Part shown: piece by piece, positions 39,601 through 54,600 of the stretch | How the letters are laid out: each line of letters opens with the position of its first letter | Position numbering within the stretch: position 1 is the stretch's first letter | NCBI RefSeq assembly: GCF_964204645.1 | Contig: NC_134028.1 | Span: 22,998,345-23,062,344 of the forward strand | Length of the DNA: 64,000 nt | DNA from: Tubulanus polymorphus | Lineage: Eukaryota; Animalia; Nemertea | Direction: 5' to 3' | Translations under genes and position numbers: made by a program | The notes under the pieces: generated by a model | Told to the model about the DNA's origin: nothing | Databases searched by the model: none | What the model saw: only the letters and a program-made list of their open reading frames with translations

Positions 39601-42600
39601 ATCTTAATTTTCCTGTAGGTTTCTATCATTTATATCTAGCCTGTGGTATTATCTATTTCGATGGGCTTTTTTCATATAAAATGCTATATATTCTGCGGAA
39701 TCATAGACTGATAAATAAAACGGCGTGATATCTGAGCAGAGATTTCCCTAATGTTGGTCTAGATAACTGAGTTTGCGGTATCTAAGTGGTTATCAGATTC
39801 CTCCGTTACTGCGATCATGATTTGGTCAGCAGGCTCACATTAATCAAAAATATACCGCACCGAATGTTTAGTATGAGCGTGAGAGTCTGCTATTACCGAT
39901 CTCGTATTCATTACACAAAGAATTTCTGATAAAAATTCCACTCCAATTGATTCGCAATGAACGTTGATTGATAACTAATTATACCTGCGAGTGCCGCAAG
40001 TAAATCAAAGATTGAGTCGATCTTATACACGTAAGAATATCCGGCCTTGTAGAGTGCTATATCGTTAAATGTTTCCAATTGAAACTAGACGTTCACGACT
40101 TTTCAAATGATTTATATGCGACACATCAATAAAAATGTTGCGGAGTACATGCTTCGGAGTACCGTACATGTCACCGTCGAGCGACGTTATCATATTACCA
40201 CTTCCTTTCAGTACGTTCATTTCAAGTAGCACTTCAATCGTTTTAATGCGATTGTCTGTGAATGTTTTTGAAGTGTCTGTTTAACATATATATACTTTAA
40301 ATCGAATAAATATTTGTCTAACCTTGAAACGTAATTCACTGTGTTGGCGCTGTGTACGAAATAATGTCGTTCAGATGGATATCGGGGGCGATCATGGAGC
40401 ACGCCTACATCAAAGGATGTTCTTAAGAGCTTTCTTTTAAAACCCGAACTACGTCCTGCATTTTTACAATTCATCTTTCTTAAGAAAAATTAGATCGGTC
40501 TTATCGCGCTGACTATAATCTAAGGGTTGAACGTTGGGTAAATGGCTCTCTGCGAGTACGTGCACCGGCTTTGAAAAAATTGCAAAAGAAATTCCCTTGA
40601 CTTTGTTCGCGCGCCAAAAGGGTAATTTATTGGATAGTAATAACTTTTCACGTACCCGGGTAAAGCATATATCATTCTTCCATTTGATAACTTACCGTAA
40701 TAAATTTCAACTCATTTCAGGTGGATTCGATTTATCACCACAAAAGTCTCGGAGTTAAAATAAACGTAGTCGTTATCAAGCTTATGTTCCTAGACCAAAC
40801 AAAGGTTCGTACGGATTTCTTCAATCAGTAAATAAAAACCCAGTAGGAAATTGCTGAGCAAATACGACAAATCTTGTATTGCTAACGTGTGTTTGAGAAG
40901 TGCCCACGATATTCGTGAATTGATGTTCGTCAAAACCTAGAGGTCAAGAAGGCCTATGTACATACATGTATAACCTACTGACTCATCGGGATCAGCTTTG
41001 TATTTGCGTAAGGATCTTCGAAACTTCTGAAGTCAGAAAACCAACTAAATGTACCGGTACTTACATAGTCCATTTAGATTCAGATCTTGAAAAAATGAAT
41101 ATTTGAATGGTCAAATATAACTTTCTGTAGTCCCGCTAATACATCGACATCATCAAAGTGGGAATGGGTATTTGATATCATCAGCGTTAAACTCATGATG
41201 TTGACATTCATTCAAGACTTCAATCAGTTATCTAAAAGAAGAAAACGTTTATGATAATTTCTAGGCTCGTTCAATGATCGTGGAAGGTGACGGTAAACAA
41301 ACCCTCGATCAATTCTGTGCCTGGTCAAATCGTCTGCTTCCACGAAACACCCACAATCCTCTTTATCACGACTTCGCTGTATTCCTAACTAAAGAGGATA
41401 TCGGACCAGCAGGTATTAAATCTTTCAATATTCCAGTAGAGCATCATTCTAGAAAAAATAAACTCCGTTTTATCTAGGAATGAAACAAGGATAGGGGGAT
41501 CTGTATGATGTGATTTTAACTAATTTTCAACCACAAGACAACCGTTCTCGCTACTAGAGATGAACTTGAAATGTATAAAACATGTTTTAATGGGTCAGTA
41601 GTAATAATAGTAACTCACTTTTTATGTCAGTCAAAATCAATTGGGGGGAGAGTGCTAGACGTCAAGTCGTTAAACAACAGAATTTTTATATATTTATTTG
41701 TAACGTTTGTTTTCCATAACTTGCCTGTATGAAATTCGTTCATTTACAGTGAAAAATACTTCTCTAATATTATATCTCGATATCATAGCATCTTAATCCT
41801 ATAGCGAATTTATATAAACATCGTGTTATCTATTATCTTCGATGTAAACTCCATTCATTTACTCAAGGTACATGATACGTATATAATGTATTAGTAGTAG
41901 ACGTGTGATATTTGCCGTTTTGCCTTAGAATGCTTTTTACAGCACTTACTAGTAGCTTTTCTTTATTGTTCATATACAGAGCTGTCTTTCAATTTTTGAT
42001 ATCTTACGTATCTCAATATTAATCTATATATACTTACTATATCCATCGTGTTTTCATATTATATATATATCGTTTTGATGTTGATCATTAACCGATTCAA
42101 AGCAGTGTACTAGTTTATTACACCTTTTTATTTTTCGTATTAATAAATAACCTATATATTATCCTTTTGAATTTCATCCTTTCGTTAGCCTTGTTGATAT
42201 CATTTTAATCAATTAATTTTATATAATTACATCAAATTAACAATGATTTCATCTAATCTATTAACAATCAAATTAAGTAAGTAAATATTCTATATATATA
42301 TTAAAAAGTTGCTTTGCCTTGTTTTTCTTGCTTTCAACAAATAACCTTGATATAATTATCGGTCGTCTTTACGCACGTTTTTGGTTTGTCAGGTTATGCC
42401 CCGGTAACTGGAATGTGTAACCCCAGTAGAAGTTGCTCCGTGAACAAAGATGAAGGATTCTCATCTGCTTTCGTCATCGCGCATGAAATCGGTCACGTGT
42501 AAGTATCGTCTCGGGAGTATTCGGAACTTTTCGGAATCGCCATCGGAAACGACTGTTGAACTACGATTCCTCACGTTTCCGATAGAAAACACAAATGAAT

Positions 42601-45600
42601 TTATTAATCGATTCCTAAGTATCTCAAATAGATATTTGACCAAGGGGTAGACAAACGAAAAGGGTTGAAACATTTCAGAAAGGTTTCTAGAAAAATGAAT
42701 TCGATTATTTCTGTCGTAGGTTTGGTATGACGCATGATGGACAGATGAATAGATGTACCGGTGACGCCTCGGATGGTCGTATCATGGCTCCTTTAGTACA
42801 ATCAACATTCAATAAACATTTCTGGTCGAAATGCGCCGCACAAACTCTACACGAAAATCTACCGTAAGTTTTTCACGCAACTTCGCTGCACTTCTGACTA
42901 AACAGTACGTTTCAAGCATGCGCCATCTTACTTGAATCGCGGGCAATCACTGTAAAAAATATCGTGATGAAAAATAGAATTTCTATCAACCACATGAAAC
43001 AGAAAATCCGTCGATTTACTCATAATTGTGTTTTGTTTTGTTTTGTATTGTAGTGATTATTTCTGTTTACTTGACGATCCATTTGACGCTGGTTTCAATA
43101 CATATTCCCCTCCTCACGGATATCACTGGTCGATAGACGAACAATGTAAACAGGAATTCGGCAGAGGATTCAGTCGCTGTAAGGCTGTAAGTGACCACGG
43201 GGTCTGCGAAGTCCATTTCAAGTCCAAAATGGGGTTATGGATAAAGTTGACATTACAATAAACCTCACCTAACCCGGACAAACTGGGTCCGACTAAATAA
43301 TTCTGCCTGCAGCAAGCGAAATACCAAGTTAAGGCTAAGAAACTACGTTAGCAAGTCACGAAAATTATTTCGGTTTTTCGGAGTTAATCAAAAGTCTGAG
43401 TTGGCCATGTCCGAGTAAGGCGAGGTTTACCGTTTGTATAAGAAGACTTCGAAGGCGATTCAATGAAACAATGATCTATTACATGTGTGTTTATCAATCA
43501 TTTTAGTTCCCGATGCCTTTCTGCGATTCATTGTGGTGCAGTACTCCCGGTAATGAATTACTGTGTAAAACCAAGAAAGGTCCGCCGTTAGACGGTACGA
43601 TATGCGGCAGAAATATGGTACGTAAACGTATACGAAAAATCAAACTGAAATTGAAAAATCTCAACGATAAAAACGATAAAAACAAGAATGTCGATTTTAC
43701 ATTTTGCAGTGGTGTCAGCAGGGTATGTGCACGCATCGGGTCGGTAAGCTACCTGTAAATGGAGGCTGGTCTTCCTGGTCTGATTGGAATAGGTGTTCGC
43801 GTTCGTGCGGACGCGGGGTTCAATATCGCACTCGCACCTGTAACAAACCGACGTAAGCATCGCTTTTTTACGAATAGTTTTATTGATACCCAGCGTAAGG
43901 ACAGAATTCAGCATTGAATGTATCTTTTTACGTTTATTACAGACCAGCTAATGGGGGAAATGACTGTAAAGGTTTCAAAGGACAGTTCAAACTGTGCAAT
44001 AAACATGTAAGATATTTTATTTTAGTGATTGTGATAGTGTCTGACAGGCCTGCGCCGAGTTTTTTTTGAGAGGCAGTTCTATTTCAAGAAAAGGGCACTT
44101 TTCCAACTTTTCATTTTCCAAAATAACGTGAAAATTGTATCCAAATTTTGAAAAATCTTGACACAAATTTTATTAACAACGACTGTTTGAATACCCCTTC
44201 GGCACGGGCCTGCAGTGATAGTAGTTTGATTGCTATAGCGCCGATTCCACAGATACAATGTTCAAAGGCACTTTCCATTAAATCGGTATTATCACCCCCA
44301 GCCTGTAACTCTAATGGTAACCATGTATCAATCATGCTAAAAATGTTGGCTCACCTAAACTTACAATATAAGATGATATACTCGTTTATAGGATTGCCCC
44401 AGCAATGAAGATTTCCGAGCCCAGCAATGCGCCAAAAAACTGAATAATAGAAACATATACGGACGCAAACATACGTGGCTGCCGTACGAACAGAAAGAAT
44501 GTAAGATATTAGATATATGTATACACTACTGTGTGAGCTTGTATTTTTCCAACGGAAAATCTACGGAAAATTCGGTCGGCTTAAAAATGAAAGTCTAGAA
44601 AATCTAGGCTAGGAATATCATTTATTGTATCGTTTTTGACGCCGTAAAAACCGTTAGAGAAAAATGTGTTTATATATCAATCATACAATACGGGGTAGTG
44701 TGTGAGTCGATGTGCACTACGTCATCAATATTGGGGTTAGACTGGTTACCGGTCAATCAAATTCAATTACCGATACATTGAAATTCAATATATATATATA
44801 TATATTCATCTGAGATATTTGATTTTCCCTTTTTGTTCTTTGTAACGTGTGAACAGAATGGTTTTCTGCTTTCTAGCGTCAAAACGTTGTTTATTGACTT
44901 GTGTATCGAAAGAGACGAACAAAGTATTTACTAGTATTAAATCTACAATGATCGACGGTACTTTCTGTTCCTATCAAGACAAATCAAATGTCTGCGTAAA
45001 AGGACACTGTAAGGTAATATAAAGGCTAATCGATTCGTAAAGATGTAAAATCATTCGAAACAACGAAAAATGATCTTTAAAAAAAACCTAAAATATGAAG
45101 AAAATTCAAAATAGAATTTGAAGTTTCTACTCAATTCTAAAAGCCATTCTCAGTTTTAGAAATAGCTTCAAGAATTGAGTTGAAACGTCAAACACTTTCT
45201 TATCTTTTCTTATCATATTCTTCAATTGAATTAGACATTCACTTGTCAAAAACAAAATAAAAACAATCTATTTGTTTCGATGATCAACTTAATCGCTATA
45301 ATGAAAACATTTTGACGTCGTATTAGAATAGGGACCTACATATATATGAAATTCGTTTCAAAATACTGATCATCAAATTTTGTAGAAAGTCGGATGCGAC
45401 GGACGCTTAAATTCACCCGTTTCGTTTGATAAGTGCGGAGTTTGTAACGGTGATAATACTGAATGTACGGCTATACACGGCGTCTTCGATAAGCGCATAC
45501 CTAAAGGAGGTAAGTCTTAGGGGTCATTCATTTATTACGTACGCATTAGGGGAGGGGAGGGGTCAGTGCAATTGCGTACTGTAATGCTTAATGTATACGA

Positions 45601-48600
45601 AAAAATGGCCGATTTTGCGTACAGAAAGGGAGGGGGGGGTTGAAAAATTCAAATTTCATGCGTACGTAATTAATGAATGATCCCTTATACGTCTTATCTG
45701 TTCCAAACAGATCTGGGTTTTTTTCTATCCGCGTGAGTTTTGTATATAATTAATACTCAAGCCGTTCAACTTATAACTTCGCAAAATCTGTCTAAAAATG
45801 TAATACGCACATATTCGGGGCTTTCTACGTTCGGCAACGTTCGGAAAATTCCGAATCGAAACGATCGATTTATGGCTCGATTCCCAGACGCGCGCTGATA
45901 ACATTTTCACATTCATCATCTTGGCGCCAAGAATACTGATTCAAAAAATTGTCTGCCAAAAGAGCTTTATGCGGCAATTTACCATTGTTTCCGGTATTAA
46001 TGATATATACATATAGCTCAGTGTCTCAGTAACTATTCCCCAGAGACAGCGGAACTGACTTCAGATTAGTCCATCAAACGTATTGGTTATAACCCTTAGG
46101 GGGGAAGTTGGCGTAGAAATGATAGATAAGAAATTTATATAGATAAGAAATTTATACCTGTTTAGTCTGATAAAAATTCATTCCCTGGAGATTTGCATTT
46201 CTGCAGAAATCATCTTTTTATTTCACTGTTTATTCTTTCAAGAATCACAGATATATAATATGTATAAACAGGTTCCGGAAAGAAGTGTTTCCGAGAACAA
46301 ACCTCTGATTCTGAGTTTCTGTTTTTCCGTCATTTCCCTGCGTCGTGTGCGTTGGGCCTAACGGTTATCGATACATTCAAAAAGATATTACCGATTAAAT
46401 GCAAACGCACAGTGATAGACTTATATCGTTTTATCGATTGATGATGTAATTTTCAGAGTATAGTCGAGTGATGATCTTACCGCGTGGAGCCAGACATATT
46501 ATCGTTAAAGAAAAGCGAAGCTTACCTCACTTCCTAGGTAAGGAAACTGATAAGATAATATTCACTTCCGCGTGCATTAAATGCGAATATAAATAATCAT
46601 TACGTCTTAAAAAAACAACTGCCAGGAAAACTGACTGGTACTGACTGGTACGACTAGTATTGACTGGTGCTGACCAGTAGTGACCGGTACTGACTGACAC
46701 TGACTGGTACTGACCGGTACTGAACGGTGCTGACTGGTACTGACCAGTACTGGCCAGTACTGACCGGTGCTGGCTGATACTGACTGGTACTGACCGGTAC
46801 TGACTGGTACTGGCCGGTGCTGACTGGTACTGACCGGTACTGACTGGTACTGAGGTTTTTCTCAATCGTCAGAGAAACAAAAATAACAAATACAATAATG
46901 ATATACGGGGGCAGGTTTTCAGTACTGAACCGGGGGTTAACCCAATTCATTTTCAATTGAGTTAACCTCCGGTAGCACATTTATTCATATAATGTTTAAT
47001 AATCATATTGTGGGTTTTTACTTGATAACCGCCAAGAAACTGATCCTCCGTTAAGAGTATATATAGAAAGTAAACGAAAAGATAACCATTTCACATTTTC
47101 ATTTGTTGTCTTGACAGCGATTCGCGAGCGAACAACTTCTAAATATATACTAAACGGAAATGAAAGATCGTCGCGGACTCATCACTTTATCTATGACGGC
47201 ACTTTATTCATTTATCGTCACGATTCAAGATTGGAAGCCATTCGCATTATTGGACCTCTGATTAAAGATCTAGTTCTTCTCGTAAGTTTTGCTTATATGA
47301 AAAAAAAGAATTTCCAAAACTGCATCATCGTGTGAAACGTTAAAATGTGATAACGTTATTCTAGTAGAAATCGGTGAGACGATGGGTGATAAATGTTGAG
47401 TCTCTTCCCTCTCATCCATCATGGATCACATAACTCGCATTACCGCACATAAAAAAACTCCCCCCGATTGCCAGATCGTTATTGGCGACGGCTGAGCTCG
47501 TTGAGAAAATGTCAAGATGCTTCGGCTTACGAAACCATTTCCAGCTTCACCTGATTCCATTTTGCCCGCAGTGTAGATTACATAACCATCCTAATAAACG
47601 TTCGTACTTTTGGCCTATATTCTCGTCCAATGGAATCGAGTCTTGGGGCTATCAAGTCCTGTTATAATCAACCAAATTAATAAGAAATTTCTTTATTCAT
47701 GTCACTGCCACCTTGGTTAAACTGCGTAATTTACAATTTGCTGTTAATATGTGACAAATATCGATATTAGCGTAATGTTTGTACATATATACGCTGATAG
47801 TGCTGTCGCGTTCTATAGGTTGACACAATAATGGGCAATTGTCTGACGAGGTGGCCGAGTGGTTAAGGCGATGGACTGCTAATCCATTGGGCTCTGCCCG
47901 CGTGGGTTCGAATCCCATCCTCGTCGAAGTTGTTTTACTCTGCGTCCTAAGTTTTTCATGTGGTCTCTCTCTTATCGTAGAACACTTTCTTTTCTTTTTT
48001 CCTCCCCGACTTATAGTTAAAACTTATTTTGATAGGTATATTCACGGTCGGAAAGACGTCCCTCTATATCCTATGAGTTTATCGTATCTAACGATTTGGC
48101 GTTCGGTGCGGCTCACAGTAACCAAGAAACTTTGAAATATCAACAATACGTATGGGATACCAAAGGATGGACACAATGCACAAAAACCTGTGGCTCCGGT
48201 AAGCAAAGCGGACATTTTGTGAATTTCAGCAAGTTCGCCAGTCCCGTCAATACAATCCAATGCCTTTTGGATCTTGGTTCTGTACTAATAGAAACTTGAA
48301 AAGACCGTCAATTGACTTCTCTTGAAGTGCTTAAATAGCCATCGTTAACCCTTCACTAGCTACACCCGATCAGTCCGTATCACCAGTATCCCACAATTCC
48401 GTGCGTACGATATTCTATATGCATTTCCGATAGTGGTTTGAACTGTAAAATACACCAGAATTAATACGGTCAGAAATGCCTGGCCTACTGGAAACAGAGT
48501 CTCCAAAAATGCGGTAATAAATTTCAGGTTTACAGTACGAGAACTACGTTTGTATTGACCAGTATTCGAATCGGGATGTGAGTAAAGAAAGCTGCGCTCA

Positions 48601-51600
48601 TTTGGATCGACCAAAATCAGTATCGAGACGATGTAACAACGAAGTTTGTACCGAATACAGGTAAGTATCATTTACTTACATGTTGGCACTCTGACATCGT
48701 TAGCCAGGGGCCAGTTGCACAGTCGTGACTTAAGTCCAAAACTGGTCTTAAATCTTAAGACTGGTCTTAAGTTGTTAGATTAGCTATAGAACTAAGTTGG
48801 TCTTAGACTGGTCTCAAGTCTAAGCCATGACTATGCAACTGGCCCCTGGTCGATAAGCCATTTGATCATTTAAATTCACCATTTGATAACCTAAAACGTT
48901 ATTTTGATATTGTCAAGTATCGTAATTCGATAATCGCTCTTTTCCTTCTTCGAATGTTAGCCTTTTAGTCGGCCTCAGTTGCTGCGAATCGGAGCGCAGT
49001 CGACATAAGCTGGGCTACGATCGCGGTTGCTCTCAGTTGCGTCGGTAGGAGTCGGTAGGCGTCGCGTTGCTTGTCGACATAAGCCAGCCTTTTAGACATT
49101 TCTTAATTCCCGAGGCGTTCGTTGGGTTGAGTAGCTTAGCTGCGTTCCTGAAATAGATAGAAGTACCGTAGGATTTTTCAGCATTTCCTGGCTGACTAAA
49201 ATCATTCCATGTCTTCATAGCGCAATAGTTTTTCCAGCCCATCGCAAACTAATTCTATTCTACGGTGGGTTACCATGTCTCCGGGATGCTGGCGGGGGTT
49301 TAAGTTACTGTTGATTTTATATCGGAGACGCTTTCTACGATAAGTTTGAATCGATGATGCAGAAAATAGGAGCATTAAATCTTCTGGCAGACTTGAAGTG
49401 GCCGATAAAACCAGCTATCATCGACATCGGCTTGGGAAAATATCAGTATAAACATGTAGAAAGTGTGTGTTATATAAAAACTGGCGCTCTGTGAATATTC
49501 ATGTACTGCATACATTTCCAAGTGGCGTATTCAGTTTATTTCGAAAATTCCAGAGTAAAATAAATCTAAATAAGATTCAAGATCTAAGATCTCAGGACAT
49601 GAAACTACGAAAAGTACGACGAGGATGGGATTCGAACCCACGCGGGCAGAACCCAATGGATTAGCAGTCCATCGCCTTAACCACTCGGCCACCTCGTCTT
49701 GATATCCACTTTTTTACACTCATTTTTTGTTAAAGGAAGGTGGCATAATGTAATCCCCATCCCCAAAGCTGTAATCTTCCCATCCTCTAGTCAAAGAAAT
49801 AATTGAAGAAATAAGGAGCAAATCAATAGAAAACTCCTCGTTTTGTTTACGATACAAAAATGGACTTTTATTAATTGACTGTATAGATATATATATCATT
49901 AACATTGAATCCGTTTGTCTAACACAGATAAACAAATAGTGGTTCTCTTTCTTCTGCCCTGGGACCCAATAAACAAGGGTCCTATCCCACATATCACACT
50001 GACCAGTACTTCACGCTGACAAAAATATATCTCATCTACTATCGATTCCTCTAATTACATGTTATTTGCTACAAATCCTAGACGTGGAATAATGATTCTG
50101 TGTATTGTTAGAATAACACTAGTGAAAGGCGTAGAAATTATTTATTTTTCAAACGATCAAGTGATGAGGTAGGAAAAATCCACAACCAGGCGCGAACAAA
50201 ATCATTCATTACTACAACCCTAAGACTGTACAAAAAGCAACAAATCTGAAAGCAACGACAAACATTTTGTCATGGTCGTTCTTGACAGTTAATGGAATAA
50301 TTCGTTTTCGGTAGAAATTGACTGTAAGAGCGTATCGGGTTATCGGAATTAAAGAAACTCAAGCACTTTTAGCTTAAACACGATTATTGACAACGAAGAA
50401 GGTTGCATGCATATGATCAAGAGATTGACTGAGAATGAGTCCAACGACGGATTCTATATGACAGAATTACAGTGGAACCTCGTTATAACGTCCTCGGATT
50501 CAACAGTTCATTACAAACCTAGAATCTCGTCCGAAATAGGAAAACTTCAATTCTTTCATAAACCGAACTATCGACCATAAACGAACTGTACACCGTTTCT
50601 CATCGTCGTGGTTGTGACGTTATTACTGGCCGCATGAACAGCAGAATTTCATAGTAGAAGTTTCCTGATAATTAGCAGAATATACGATACTAGCGCCAGT
50701 TTCATTTATAACCGTTCGTTAATAATTGATTTCAACTGAAGCCATCATCGATCAAACGCGTGATATTCCAATTCATAGAAATGGTCTTTTTTGACTAATT
50801 AGTACGAATCAATTGAAATATATACTCGCGTGCCGTTTTAGAAAACCACCAGCAGTCATATTTCAAGATTTTTTCTACATTACCCGAAACATTAAATTCG
50901 TGAAAAGTTAGCCACAATATTTTGGCAGTCGTTCTAACTATATGATAGATTACTAACATAGATCTCCCGAGTAGAAAGCCGTAGAAAATATGGTTTACTG
51001 CACCGTTTAACTAATCATCATTTGCATAAGTTGCACGATTGCATAAAGTTGATGACGACAAGTCGAGATTAATAATGATCAATGTTCTACTACTGCGAGT
51101 TATCGTAGTCAAACTGACTCGAATCGGATCAGCTTAATCCGGATTTCGATCTGATCCGAATCCTCTATTACTGCGAGTCATTACAATCAAACCGACTTGA
51201 ATCGGATCAGATTAATCCGGATTTCAATCTGACATGAATGCTTTATTACAGTCAAAGTTATTACAGTCAAAACGATTTAATTCAGATCAGCTTAATCCGG
51301 ATTTCGGTCTGATCCGGATTTCATTTACCATCCATCTATACATTGAATGTCTGTAAATACATTATGGAATCCGCTTAATTCGGATCATTTTGTACCAAAA
51401 AAATTCATGGGAAATCATAATTTATGGGAAATCTGGATTTAAAGTAATTTTCTTGTATATCTATGAACAAATGGACTGCAAGAGTGTGGATAAGACCAAA
51501 AACCGGATTAACCCAATCCGGATTAAGCGGTGTTTGGCTGTATATGTTTAATCCAGATTTCTCATAAACCGAGTGAATTTCATCGGCCCCAAATGATCCA

Positions 51601-54600
51601 AAATTAGCAGGTTCTACCGTATTCTAACTATACGCAAATAAATCCTGCCACGCAAAACCGATACGAACAAGATTGATATACAAATCGCATTATACTTTGA
51701 ATTATACGGAAACTCTTACGAACAAGAAAAGCAGACAAGATACCATCATTTTCATATTTTTTTTTAGAAAATAATCGTTTGGCCCCAAAAAGTAGTCAGC
51801 AATTAACAGCCAAGAAATGATAAGAAACTTCCTGGCGAAAACCTGAGGAATCTATTTCTTCATCGTTAACGATCACGACCCGTGATACCACACGTATTTG
51901 TGCACGATATAGGAGCCGTCTTGGTCGGTGTTGTTGGCGAACGACGTCTCCACTAGTTCCCAGCCTTGTAAGCCTAGCGCGTTGATGATGGCTATTTTCG
52001 AACAGACGCTCGTGCTCACGTGCACCGTTTTGTACTGGCTGATCGTACCCTCCAGATCCTGCAGGGTTTTATCGGGAAGCGGTAACAGTTTCAGAGTTTT
52101 CACGTGGCCCGATATGACGAGTCCGCCGCTCTTCAATTCTCGATCGCTCGTACGCGACAGAGGTGGAATATAGTGCCGGTCGAAATACGCCGATTCCTCG
52201 AAGTCTAAGAATTCTAAATAGCGCCCGCCTTTGCTGCGCGCTTTCAGTTCCTTCACCGAGTCGATCAGCGGCAAAATCTGGTAGAAATCGGCCTCGGCCT
52301 CGAGCAGGTCCCAGTCTTTGAATCCCTGAGGTAAACACAACTGACTAGTACGCAGGAAATTCAAAACGTGCTTGAACGTTTCGCCGTCGCGGTCGATGAA
52401 GTAGTTTCCCTGGCCGTCGACGGACGCCGATCCGAACTGACCGCTGAACATGACTCCTAACATCGAGTGCGGGTATTTACTAAGAGTTGACAGAGTCGTC
52501 GTGTATTGAACTCCGCCAACATTCAGTACTATTACTTCATCCGACATCATCGTAATCTGCTTTATTTGTTCAGCCTGAAAAATATGGAATTAGAGCGAAA
52601 ATTATAATTAAGGCGGAAACCGATAGAATTTCATCCTAAAAAGGACAATTTTGATTATAATTCATACTAATATTATTCTTCATACGACAGATTTTCTGGT
52701 CCAAGTTTGTTGTAACGGGGTTCCACTTTACCAGTCCTATGTCTTTATTACAGGGCCTGGTTTTATAGACACAGTTTCCTGCACATTTAAGTCAAAATGA
52801 TTTAACAGTAATACCAGGGAGGCATAAGAGCGTTACTGGTAACACCAGGGCTAGGCAGGCATGAGAGGGTACCTGGTAATACCAGACAGGCTTAAAGAGC
52901 GTACCTGGTAATACCAGGCAGGCATGAGGGCGTACCTGGTAATACCATACCGAGTAAGTCCAAGGATTCAATACTGATCTGGTATAAAACTGTATAATAA
53001 CCACAGTTACCGATGAAACTAAACCGTGTAATTTTCCTGTCCGTAATACGGCGTATAATTCCATCATAATCAAAAACCATCAATAGCATATTTGTCTAAC
53101 ATGATATAAATGAAGCACTTTTACTCTGTAACAAGTGAGTGGTCGAGAGGAGAGAGAAAGAGGGGGAGAGAGAGGTGGAGAGAGAAAGAGAGAGGAGGGG
53201 AAGAGGAGGGTAAATACCACTGGAGACTAGAATCTGTCACTTCAGCTCAAATTGTCCTCATTGCAGTTATATATTTGATGCTTTCATTATTAATATGACA
53301 ACTGTTTGAATTGTCAGCAGTTCTCTTCAATTAGCTGTTTATTGTGAAATAGTGAGCTCGCGCGCGCTGGGAAATATTACATATTCCAAGGTCCCCAGAC
53401 CTGTAGTCTCCTGAATATCGGCACATTTCTTCTCGAGTGCAATATACTGTCCTGTTGTTACCGGAGAGAGTTGTTTTTCTGAATCGTATACGCGTTTTTA
53501 TATTTATAGATGGGTTGAAAGCGTTTGGAGCAAATGCAACTCGGATTGCGGAGACGACGGTTTCATGTACAGATCGCTTACGTGTCAGAAGCAAGAAGGC
53601 CAACAAAAAACGAGAGTCAACGATATGCATTGTGATAGAACCGATATGCCTGTAACTATGAAAGAATGTAATCGAACTCCTTGCCCTACTAGATCACTGG
53701 TTTACACTTACAGGTAAGAGATACATCGAAATCGAAATATTATATTTGAGTCTTCCCCGGATTTCTGACGAAGTAAAATTCAGTTGGTTCTGAATTCAGT
53801 AAGTCTATGCCATAACATATTCCCCCTATCCAGTGTTCTTACATTATGATGAGGGAATATTATAAAATTCCCCGATATTTCTCTCCCTCCCTGATTGAAT
53901 TATAAATAATATATCCTCAGTGGAGGCTGTTTCTTACCAAGAGGTCCCCGTGTCGCTCGTCACCAACTAAAACGACAAGACACCAAAAATATCCCGACTT
54001 TTCCCTCATTTTCAAGAGAAGTCAGAATAATTGTCTGACCTGCATGGAAACTAAATCTGTTATTCTATGATTTTCCCCTGAATTCCTCGAGAACCCTGTC
54101 CCTATCTAGCGAGCCAAGGTCAGCCTAATTTAAAGTTGAGACATTCGAACTATAGGAGTCAGCGATGAACCAGTGAACTGTGGTTACAGGAGCAAAACCA
54201 ATCAGAATTTATATGAATTCAATCAAAACTGCAGAGCATTGATTAAGCTGATCACTGTTCACTGACCTGCTGCTGCAGACCTAGAAATCACAACTCTCAC
54301 TTCTTACCTCAACAAGTGTCAATGTTTACTGTTACTTGTAATTTAAAACGGCCACAAGAGTTTGATAAATCTCAACCACAAGAGTTTAATAAATCTCTCT
54401 TCATTTTGTCCCAGTAATACAGACAGTCTCAGTAATACAGACACAGTCTCTGTAACAGTTTCAGAAATACAGACACAGTCTCTGTAACAGTCTCGGTAAT
54501 ACAGACACAGTCTCAGTATTACAGACAGTCCCAGTAATACAGATACAGTCTCAGTAATACAGACGCAGTCCCAGTAATACAGACAGTCTCAGTAATACAG

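Noticed and set aside
46527-46980. [10 protein letters not shown] repeat ORFs
   Set aside because: Translation of a 10-bp intronic minisatellite; no gene structure.
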